From assembly GCA_937911295.1 (NCBI GenBank), contig CALDQE010000025.1, positions 47,750-111,749 on the forward strand: DNA of 64,000 bases. The letters are read 5' to 3'. The translations under genes and the position numbers were made by a program. The stretch's first letter is position 1; every line of letters begins with the position of its first letter. Origin of the DNA: an uncultured Verrucomicrobiota bacterium. Lineage in GTDB: Bacteria > Verrucomicrobiota > Kiritimatiellia > RFP12 > UBA3636. Below are positions 1 to 7,435 of the stretch, piece by piece. Under the pieces are notes generated by a model, which had not been told where the DNA came from, did no database searches, and saw only the letters and a list, made by a program, of their open reading frames with translations.

Positions 1-593
1 GACAATATTTCATCCTCTGTCAACTTGTCTAATGCTTCTCCGAGAGCATAAGCTATAGTTCTAGGACGAAAGTTAAAATCTAAAACATTGCTTAATTTTT
101 GTGTATCAAGATTCCGCCACGTAGGTCTTGTTTTTTTGTTTAAAGCAGCCCAAGCAAAAGGATGATACCTCAATATTGCATTTGCACTACAACTAGACTT
201 ACGCCCAAGTTCTCCATCATCAAGATAAATTTGTACATTTACTTTAACTAGATTATCTCTATTCACCATTATTGAACCGTTAGAGGTGATGCGGATTGAA
301 ACAGGAATCCCATTTTCAACCCCGTAAATATCAGGTCTAATTTCAGATAATTGTTGATTTATTCTTGAAATAGCCTCTTCATCAAAAACATTTGGAGCAG
401 ATAAACTTGAAACTCCAGATAATCCTAATGAACCATTTGAATCGGCAGCAACAACATGAAATTTATATGGTCTATTGGTTCTTTTAACCTGAGTTGTATT
501 ATATGCTATTGATTCAGCTGTAAACGACATACACCCTGAAACAAAAAAACCAATAGAAAAAACAATAATAAGTCGGATTAGATTAATGAACAT
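1..593 (-). CDS. Hypothetical lipoprotein, partial (the ORF runs off the left edge of the window)
   Basis: There is an ATG at 591-593 on the minus strand. The N-terminus reads MFINLIRLIIVFSIGFFVSGC, which is a signal peptide followed by a lipobox-like Cys. I spot-checked the frame as open at several positions, and it continues past position 1. The ORF track omits it because it is truncated. Confidence 0.4.
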   Translation of the reverse strand, partial: MFINLIRLIIVFSIGFFVSGCMSFTAESIAYNTTQVKRTNRPYKFHVVAADSNGSLGLSGVSSLSAPNVFDEEAISRINQQLSEIRPDIYGVENGIPVSIRITSNGSIMVNRDNLVKVNVQIYLDDGELGRKSSCSANAILRYHPFAWAALNKKTRPTWRNLDTQKLSNVLDFNFRPRTIAYALGEALDKLTEDEIL

Positions 594-613
594 ACAGTTT
601 CCCTAATCCTCAA

Positions 614-1564
614 TTACTGAATGTTATCAAATTGTTCTTTTGGTAAATTATTTAATGCATCAACAATTGAAGCAGCAAAACGCTTTATCATAAACGATTC
701 AACTTCTTGAATGTCATTAACTTTTACATATTCTGTATTATCAGAAATTGGTCCAGCAAAAGAAAGCACAGTTGGTAAACTTGTCGAAGAAATATAGCGA
801 TTAATTGCGGAAAAATATGATGTTGGCAATGGGTAGCACTCATTTGCACTTGACTTTGTATTTGCACCCCAAACCCAAACACCAAAATCAAAATAATGTT
901 GTTCGTCTTTAAAATACTGACCAATCTTGTTATAAGGAGCTTCTGCTATGATAACAGCAACATTAATCGGTTTACCATTTTCTGAAAAAAGTTCAGGATA
1001 TTGCTCTGAAAGATAATCATTAAGCATATCTGGATCTGTAGCAGTTGCTCCAAACCAAAATTTAAATACTTCACTAGATAACAAAGAATACATATTTCGT
1101 TGCTCTTCAGTAAGTTCAAATTCTTTTTCACTTTTATTTTTTGGAAGACACATTTCAGATAGCTCAAACTCTGATTTAGGCATAATAAGTGCATTCATAA
1201 AGCCAACCATTTGTAAACTTACTTTGCTTTCATCAACACCAAATAAATCAGCAGCATACATTTTTTCAGTTTCAAATACTTCTTGGTGCCCTTCCTTCAG
1301 TGCTTGTAAATTCTCATCGTAATTAAACAATTTTCTAAAAAATTTTGATTTGCCGGCGTTTTGATCATGTATCTCAATACTCTTAAATGGATTATGCATA
1401 CTACCCACATACACATTTTCAATTCGATACGGTTGCTTACTTTCTACTCTATTCGAGACTTGTATATTTTCAGGCTTAAATGAAGATTCCGCCAAATAGG
1501 TGGTACATCCAGTAAAGACAGATGTAAATAGAGTTACTAAAATCATTAAATAATTATTTTTCAT
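614..1564 (-). CDS. Hypothetical lipoprotein of 316 aa
   Basis: The N-terminus MKNNYLMILVTLFTSVFTGC is a lipoprotein signal peptide with a lipobox. It is the last complete gene of the secreted-protein operon. I recognise no domain in it. Confidence 0.55.
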   Translation of the reverse strand: MKNNYLMILVTLFTSVFTGCTTYLAESSFKPENIQVSNRVESKQPYRIENVYVGSMHNPFKSIEIHDQNAGKSKFFRKLFNYDENLQALKEGHQEVFETEKMYAADLFGVDESKVSLQMVGFMNALIMPKSEFELSEMCLPKNKSEKEFELTEEQRNMYSLLSSEVFKFWFGATATDPDMLNDYLSEQYPELFSENGKPINVAVIIAEAPYNKIGQYFKDEQHYFDFGVWVWGANTKSSANECYPLPTSYFSAINRYISSTSLPTVLSFAGPISDNTEYVKVNDIQEVESFMIKRFAASIVDALNNLPKEQFDNIQ

Positions 1565-1617
1565 AAGTTTTCTCCTTAAGTTTAGTTTAGTTTATACATT
1601 TATTTTGTAAGTTTACT

Positions 1618-2187
1618 TTATTCTTTAGTAATTTCTGACATATCGCTCCATACTACAAGACTTTTTTTTACGTCAATAAGTTGCAAAGACAATACATGAG
1701 AATACATATCTCCATTACGATAGCAACGATAAGTGCCTCTCAACAAATAATCTGCTGGTTGGCGAGAATCAAAAGCTTGTTGAGATGCAATGTCCATATC
1801 ATTTATTTTAGAATCTCTTGATATTTTAGATGCTAATTCTCGAGGATTAGTATCGGCAATAATTTCAAAAAGACCTGTCTCTTGAAGAGTTTTTAGCAAA
1901 TATTCTCTTACTAATCCTATTTCTCGAAATGATCTTCTGTTTGAAAAATTCGATATGCTATCTATTTGTAATGATGGTTTTTTATTTTTGTTTAATACCA
2001 CTTGCTCTTTGAAAGCTGCATCATCCTGCATTCTTTTAATCAGATCTACAACCATTGTTTCAATATCTGAAACGGTTATAGTTTCTGCAGTATTTAAACG
2101 CATACTATTTGAATTAACACGTTCCATATTTGCACCGCCTGCAACAACCACTGCGGACAAAAATAGTAGTGACAATAATATTTTCAT
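1618..2187 (-). CDS. LpoB-like periplasmic protein; a paralog of the next gene that has lost its lipobox cysteine
   Basis: It has a signal peptide, MKILLSLLFLSAVVVAGGAN, with Gly where the lipobox Cys would be. Blocks such as TMVVDLIKRMQDD and LQIDSISNFSNRRSFREIGLVREYLLKTLQETGLFEII resemble the C-terminal domain of E. coli LpoB (VDSVNNRTNGSL ... LRNALANNGKFTLVS). The C-terminus, VWSDMSEITKE, matches the paralog. Confidence 0.5.
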   Translation of the reverse strand: MKILLSLLFLSAVVVAGGANMERVNSNSMRLNTAETITVSDIETMVVDLIKRMQDDAAFKEQVVLNKNKKPSLQIDSISNFSNRRSFREIGLVREYLLKTLQETGLFEIIADTNPRELASKISRDSKINDMDIASQQAFDSRQPADYLLRGTYRCYRNGDMYSHVLSLQLIDVKKSLVVWSDMSEITKE

Positions 2188-2192
2188 ACTTT

Positions 2193-2786
2193 TTACTCCT
2201 TAGCAATCTCTGCAATTTCGCTCCATACCTGAAATCCTGTTTTTATGTCAATAAGCTTGAGTGTTAATTCATAGGTATATCTATCTCCATCTTCAAAAGA
2301 ACGGTAAATGCCATACATCTGATAATCTGCTGACTTATGAGTACCGAAAACTTGTAAATTATCGTCATTTTTTAGACCAACCTCCACATTCTTTGTTATG
2401 GATTCGGCAAGTGTTTCAGAAACTGATTCTTGAGAATTAGCATCATCCGTAATTTCAAATAGTCTTGTTTTGCGCAAGGCAATCTCTAATCTCTTTCTTG
2501 CAGAGTTGAGCTTTGGGATTATGCGCTCTTTTGCATGATTTTCAATATTTCCTATCTGCAACACCGGCTTAGCGTTTTTAGATGCTGCCAGCAAATCGTA
2601 ATGTTCTTTAAATGCTTCATCGTCTTGCATTTTTTCAACTAAATCTGCAACTGCCGTTTTTATATCATAAATTGTTTCATTACTTGCTTTATCGAAGTTA
2701 ACACTATTAGGATTTACATATCCGTGATTTGCACAGCCAGCGAATAATATTGCTGATAATGATAGTAGTGATAATATTTTTTTCAT
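2193..2786 (-). CDS. LpoB-like lipoprotein; tandem paralog of 1618..2187
   Basis: I moved the start to MKKILSLLSLSAILFAGC (lipobox LFAGC) at 2786. The longer ORF reaching 2963 would overlap the upstream gene. It shares TAVADLVEKMQDDEAFKE and a C-terminal VWSEIAEIAKE with its neighbour. Confidence 0.55.
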   Translation of the reverse strand: MKKILSLLSLSAILFAGCANHGYVNPNSVNFDKASNETIYDIKTAVADLVEKMQDDEAFKEHYDLLAASKNAKPVLQIGNIENHAKERIIPKLNSARKRLEIALRKTRLFEITDDANSQESVSETLAESITKNVEVGLKNDDNLQVFGTHKSADYQMYGIYRSFEDGDRYTYELTLKLIDIKTGFQVWSEIAEIAKE

Positions 2787-2799
2787 AATTTGTTCCTGT

Positions 2800-4440
2800 T
2801 TATTTACCGAAAACTGAGTTTTTTGGTTTGGATGAAGCTGAGTTATCATTTTTACGCTGTTGACCATAATTAGAATAAGGAGTTGTAGATTGCTCCACCG
2901 AAAAAACCTCTGGAGGTAAGTTAACTGTCCCAGTTGGAGTTGTATCTGCTCGAGAAGTTGCAAAACGCTCCACCTCTGCTCCTGTCATTGGTTTACCTGT
3001 TTGAGCATCGATTATGGACACAGAGCCGTCATCATTATACGAATAAGTAATCCCTGCATATTTAACATTCTTCTCTCTCAATTCTTGATTTATCTTATAT
3101 CCCCCCACATCAACTACACCATGAAATAGTGCCTCTTCCGGATTAGGATATTCATTATACGTACCCAATGTTTGTTTTAAATCAATTGTCCTTGTTTCTA
3201 AATTGTAAACTACTTCTTCTCCTGTGGAATTTTGAAATTTTGCATATTTTATACCTTTTTCACTATACTTTTCTAGGTATTGCTCTATTTGTTGGGGTTT
3301 TGTTATTCTTGTACTTGCGCTGAAAGCTTCTGCACCTACATCAGCACCCTCAAGAATACAAACTGCTACTGCACCAACGGGGCCACCAAAAACAGAACCT
3401 ACTAATCCACCTCCGACACATCCTAGAATAGTTCCCAATGCTGTTACTCCATTCTTCTTACTTTTCCGCTCTTCAAATTTGCTGACCGAGTTTATGTTGT
3501 CTGGTTGATGAAATTGATCTCCCAACACAAGACAAAAATCTCGTTGATTCCCATTACGAATCTCTCTCATCATATCGTCAGGAGTATAAGGAACAGCCAT
3601 ACCAATATTTTGTCCTTCATGTGTATTTGTCGCTATTTTAAATTTTTCCCGTTCATTAGCTCCAACAACTAAAACATCTTGCAATGAGCCTGACCATTCT
3701 TTCTTTGGGTCATAATTTGGGCTCCCCGGTTTATTGTATCTGAGTGCTTCTTTTAAGCCTCTTTCTTGATTTGGATTATAATTCTCTTTGAGAGTAGTGT
3801 TGTTTGTACCATCCTTATTACTAATTTTTTTTACCATATCAATTGCAGCGTCTATACCGTCAGATATTTTTTCCAAATTTTCCTCAACCGTTGGTTTTGG
3901 CTGTTCAACAGCAACTTCTGAAGAGGAACTATTAACACTTGGTATATCCAAGTTGGTTTGTGGCTTTTTGGTAGTAGTAGACGGTTTTGAAGTTGGTGTA
4001 CCTTGAGGCTTTGATGTTGGTGTACCTTGAGGCTTTGATGTTGTTTTAGGCTTTTGCTGATTAAGCTCGTTTCGAATATTTCCGAAATCAAGAACCATTT
4101 TTTCAAGTTCCATTCTACGTTTATTATCAGCAATTTTATCTTCAATAGTGTTTGGTGGAAGGATTTGAACTTGATTCTTACATTCTGTACACTCATAAAT
4201 CAGTATTCCAGAAATTACTCCTTGCTTTCTAACAAAGTTAAATGATAAACAATAATGCTTTTCTTCTAGACGTTTAAGATTTTGATTGAGGAGATTAGTA
4301 ACTGCTTCTTGTTCTTCTTGTGCTTGTTCTTGTGCTTGTTTTTCATCTATTGGTATAACTGGAGGAGCACCAAATGATAATGCTAGAGCGGAATTACAAA
4401 AAAACAATCCTAATATTGCGATTGTAATATAATTTTTCAT
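2800..4440 (-). CDS. Secreted protein with a PT-rich tandem-repeat linker and a C-terminal glycine-zipper segment
   Basis: It carries a signal peptide, MKNYITIAILGLFFCNSALA. The motif TSKPQGTP is repeated. A Gly-zipper stretch, LGTILGCVGGGLVGSVFGGPVGAVAVCILEGADVG, sits near the C-terminus. Its stop overlaps the next start by 4 bp (4437-4440). Confidence 0.6.
   Translation of the reverse strand: MKNYITIAILGLFFCNSALALSFGAPPVIPIDEKQAQEQAQEEQEAVTNLLNQNLKRLEEKHYCLSFNFVRKQGVISGILIYECTECKNQVQILPPNTIEDKIADNKRRMELEKMVLDFGNIRNELNQQKPKTTSKPQGTPTSKPQGTPTSKPSTTTKKPQTNLDIPSVNSSSSEVAVEQPKPTVEENLEKISDGIDAAIDMVKKISNKDGTNNTTLKENYNPNQERGLKEALRYNKPGSPNYDPKKEWSGSLQDVLVVGANEREKFKIATNTHEGQNIGMAVPYTPDDMMREIRNGNQRDFCLVLGDQFHQPDNINSVSKFEERKSKKNGVTALGTILGCVGGGLVGSVFGGPVGAVAVCILEGADVGAEAFSASTRITKPQQIEQYLEKYSEKGIKYAKFQNSTGEEVVYNLETRTIDLKQTLGTYNEYPNPEEALFHGVVDVGGYKINQELREKNVKYAGITYSYNDDGSVSIIDAQTGKPMTGAEVERFATSRADTTPTGTVNLPPEVFSVEQSTTPYSNYGQQRKNDNSASSKPKNSVFGK
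3973..4041 (-). repeat. In-frame 24-nt tandem repeat (ggtgtaccttgaggctttgatgtt, about 2.5 copies) that encodes the TSKPQGTP linker repeats
   Basis: The direct repeat is visible in the sequence between 3970 and 4050. Confidence 0.7.
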
Positions 4441-5882
4441 TGTAGAATATTCCCAATAGCTTTAATTCCTTCAATAATGCTTTTGCCTGTATCCACACCA
4501 GTCTTAACAGCTTCTAGCCCATCAATAAGCGACGGAGATGAGGGCTGTGTTTGTGTATCTACTGGTTGTTGTGATTGTTGAATAGGTGCTTGTACTGGTT
4601 GTACAGGCTGTTGCTGCACTGGAGTATAGCTATTTTCTTGTGGTTGTTGTTGCTCAAGAGGGATTGCAACACCTACATCTGTATTGTCATGACGCTCACG
4701 TTGTGACTTTTCTTCCTTGGATTGCTTCTCATTTGTTTTAGCATCTTCATCTCCATCTGTTTCTACATCATCATCCGCACCTGATGAAAGAGGTGAAGGT
4801 GCTGCTTCTGCATCATTCAACCCTAATGCAGAACCTGCTTGATTAAGTAAATCATTTGTAGAAGTACCTACCCCTTCACCGTTCTTATCTGGATTCAAGC
4901 CAAAATCTGGCATTTCACAATCTCTCATTGATAAAACCTGAGGCATACCATTTAAGCGTGTATATGAGCTAGATAAATATTCACCATAGCCTCTTGCACG
5001 TAGCAATCGAACTTGGTCATCTGTTGCTCCTGATTTCTCAATTCTATCCATTAGTGCATCAAAATGCTTGTCCTCTTTACGAATCTTTCTACCCTCTTCG
5101 TTTTCGCGTAAAACAACCATGAATGTGGTTCCTTCTTGAAGCTTAGCACGCACTTCAAATGGTGTTGTATATGGATATGAAATTTTTACATTATGAAGTC
5201 CATCTGAAACCTTAACCTTGAGAGGTGCTTCACCAATTGTTCCTGCTGTTCCATAAGAAACACCATCAATAGACACATCTGCACCAGGGAAATTACATCC
5301 AAATGCTACCTCTATAAGCTTTATCTTCATGTCTTTCCATGCAACCTTTTCACATTTTGCTAGAAATTCTTTGGATGCCTTTGCGACAAGATTTTCGACT
5401 AAATCATAATAAATAGAATCTGCATCTTGAGAAAGCATTGACGGAGTAAACGTCCTTGAGACCTCTGTAACAGTTACAGAAGCAACATTTGCCCCTTTGG
5501 GAATACGCTTTGCAGACAATGTAAGCCTCATTTTTACAGCATTAGCTTTTGCTGGACTACCATAACTGATGATTGATGTTTCACCTACTGCTGCAGTAAT
5601 CAAAACCTGTGCCTCCAAATTCTCAGCCAAGCGTGTAGCAGAGGAAAGTGGCATATTTTCACCCCATGGACCACGATTTTGCTGCTCTCCAATCACATCA
5701 TTTGGATCAATTATATTAAAAAGCTCTTGTGAAAGTTCAGCAGAAATTGCATCACCTAGATTGGATAATGGCTTTTGATATTCATCTGACGCATGGTTTT
5801 GAACAATCAAAACAGCATCAATAGGCTCAGAAACAACAAAACTTGCAAAAAAACAGATAACTAATAATAGAAAATTTTTCAT
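4437..5882 (-). CDS. Secreted protein with a PEGA-like domain and a Q/P-rich C-terminal tail
   Basis: It has a signal peptide, MKNFLLLVICFFASFVVSE. The segment GADVSIDGVSYGTAGTIGEAPLKVKVSDGLHNVKISYPYTTPFEVRAKL fits the PEGA pattern. The C-terminus is low-complexity: QQQPQENSYTPVQQQPVQPVQAPIQQSQQPVDTQTQ. Confidence 0.55.
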   Translation of the reverse strand: MKNFLLLVICFFASFVVSEPIDAVLIVQNHASDEYQKPLSNLGDAISAELSQELFNIIDPNDVIGEQQNRGPWGENMPLSSATRLAENLEAQVLITAAVGETSIISYGSPAKANAVKMRLTLSAKRIPKGANVASVTVTEVSRTFTPSMLSQDADSIYYDLVENLVAKASKEFLAKCEKVAWKDMKIKLIEVAFGCNFPGADVSIDGVSYGTAGTIGEAPLKVKVSDGLHNVKISYPYTTPFEVRAKLQEGTTFMVVLRENEEGRKIRKEDKHFDALMDRIEKSGATDDQVRLLRARGYGEYLSSSYTRLNGMPQVLSMRDCEMPDFGLNPDKNGEGVGTSTNDLLNQAGSALGLNDAEAAPSPLSSGADDDVETDGDEDAKTNEKQSKEEKSQRERHDNTDVGVAIPLEQQQPQENSYTPVQQQPVQPVQAPIQQSQQPVDTQTQPSSPSLIDGLEAVKTGVDTGKSIIEGIKAIGNILQ

Positions 5883-5909
5883 TAATATACTCCTAATATT
5901 TTTTAATCA

Positions 5910-6299
5910 TTAAAGAGGACGAATCGTCAATTTAAATTCTTTAGCATCGGGTAATGGACAAACACCTTGAATTACAGCCTCCTCTTTGCCTGTTAAATAG
6001 AAAATTTTCCATCCCTGTGTTGCGGATTTTATGACCATCCCATTCTTGTCATACCAAGTAAATTGATATTGAAAATTTATATCCTTATCATACTTATTTT
6101 TAATAGTAATTTGAGTTTTCAGAAAATCACCATCCAAAACAATAGGTCGTTCTTCTATCAACTCAACAAAGGATGCAAAGGAATAACTTTCTATAATAAT
6201 ATTCCCTTTTTTCAATGAAATACCAGCGGTAGTTGGTGCAACACATCCGACTACAAGACCAAAAACACATACAGATAAAAACATAGTAAAAATTTTCAT
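5910..6299 (-). CDS. Small lipoprotein of 129 aa, YcfL-like (DUF1425-type)
   Basis: The lipobox reads VFGLVVGC. Its size and its beta-rich composition are typical of YcfL-family lipoproteins. Confidence 0.45.
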   Translation of the reverse strand: MKIFTMFLSVCVFGLVVGCVAPTTAGISLKKGNIIIESYSFASFVELIEERPIVLDGDFLKTQITIKNKYDKDINFQYQFTWYDKNGMVIKSATQGWKIFYLTGKEEAVIQGVCPLPDAKEFKLTIRPL

Positions 6300-6312
6300 A
6301 AAGCAATCTCCT

Positions 6313-6981
6313 TTAAAAACCTAAATTCATAATTGGGAAAAACTCAAGTGACGAACCTTCATTATAATTACCAAGACCTATTTGTAATCCTTCAAAATTC
6401 TTTGCTGAGTTCCAAACACCCAATTGAACCCCACTTCCAGCTCTAGCTATATTCACTAAACCTAGCTGCAAACCGCTAAGTTCAGTTGCACGATTTAAGA
6501 CACCTATCTGTAAACCTGTCAACACTCCGTCAGTTGAATTTAAAATCGATGCTGCTTGCACCCCATAGAAATCACCAATGGATCTATTGACTATTCCAGC
6601 AAACTGTAGAGCTCCGTCTGAATACCCTATTTTATTATAAATTCCAGCACTTTGAACCCCGATAAAATTATTCTTTACTTCATTACCAACACAACCGAGA
6701 TCCAACCCATAAACATTATTGTGACGCCCAACAAATATGTTAATTCTCAAAAAGAAAACATCCCAATTTTCGGCAGGAATTTCAACACCAGGGAATAAAC
6801 CAATAGCAAATGGGCAGGTTCCTTCTCCAATTTCGCTGGATTTTTCTGTCAAATCCCTTACTTTAGCAGTGCCATTTTGGTATGCAGAATTATTCTGTTT
6901 AAATGAGTTTACTCGTACAACATCTGCTGTTGCAGTGATTGCCACACAGCAAACGGCAAACACGAAAAATATCTTTTTCAT
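6313..6981 (-). CDS. Secreted repeat protein with seven G-[LV]-Q-x-G-x-x-N-x-A units (curli-like Q/N motif)
   Basis: It has a signal peptide, MKKIFFVFAVCCVAITATA. The imperfect repeats include GVQAASILNSTDG, GLQIGVLNRATELS, GLQLGLVNIARAGS, GVQLGVWNSAKNFE and GLQIGLGNYNEG. It is the first gene of the operon. Confidence 0.6.
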   Translation of the reverse strand: MKKIFFVFAVCCVAITATADVVRVNSFKQNNSAYQNGTAKVRDLTEKSSEIGEGTCPFAIGLFPGVEIPAENWDVFFLRINIFVGRHNNVYGLDLGCVGNEVKNNFIGVQSAGIYNKIGYSDGALQFAGIVNRSIGDFYGVQAASILNSTDGVLTGLQIGVLNRATELSGLQLGLVNIARAGSGVQLGVWNSAKNFEGLQIGLGNYNEGSSLEFFPIMNLGF

Positions 6982-7059
6982 AATTTTTCCCCTCTACCCT
7001 TCATTTATTAGAATTGACAAAGCTGTTTAATCTAAAGCAGAGGAGAATTTTTCAATAAA

Positions 7060-7100
7060 AAAGCCTCCCTTTATATCTTAAGAGAGGCCGTGAGAGTGCC
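7060..7100 (-). terminator. Weak rho-independent terminator downstream of 7436..9544
   Basis: On the minus strand there is a hairpin, gcctc-N-gaggc, followed by ttttt. It lies about 340 nt after the stop codon. Confidence 0.25.
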
Positions 7101-7435
7101 ACAAACACAATACAAAGAGAGGCACGTAAATACACTACGTGGCTCTGCATTATATCGGTGTTTTGAAATTTCTCACGTTTCTCTTAACGATAACCTGCAG
7201 TAACAATAAAATTCTGAAGAGATTCACTAATCCCTTATTTGTATTGTGAATAATATCACTTATTGAATTTATTGGCAAGAATATTTTTCTTACAAGAACA
7301 AATTTTGGACTATTTCTTAGTCAAACAGCATAAAATTCAACATTTGAGACGAATTTTACTTGTGCGAAAACCATTGAAGGCTGTCGCTTCAAAGCACACA
7401 CCTACTTACTGAGATTCGCTATCATATTGGTGTTA

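Noticed and set aside
2193-2963. The long form of the ORF with the start MQLLEQ.
   Set aside because: It would overlap the upstream gene by 160 nt. An internal MKKILSLLSLSAILFAGC start at 2786 gives a proper lipoprotein signal and matches the paralog.
3958-4052. A short perfect direct repeat of DNA that might have been a CRISPR or a minisatellite.
   Set aside because: It is only about 2.5 units of 24 nt with no spacers. It lies in frame inside a CDS and encodes a TSKPQGTP linker.
6982-7435. A 450-bp non-coding gap that could hold a tRNA or a small RNA.
   Set aside because: I found no cloverleaf and no GTTCGA-type T-arm. There is only a weak terminator-like hairpin at 7060-7100 and a 6-bp palindrome, cacgta...tacgtg. 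This is too little to call an RNA gene.
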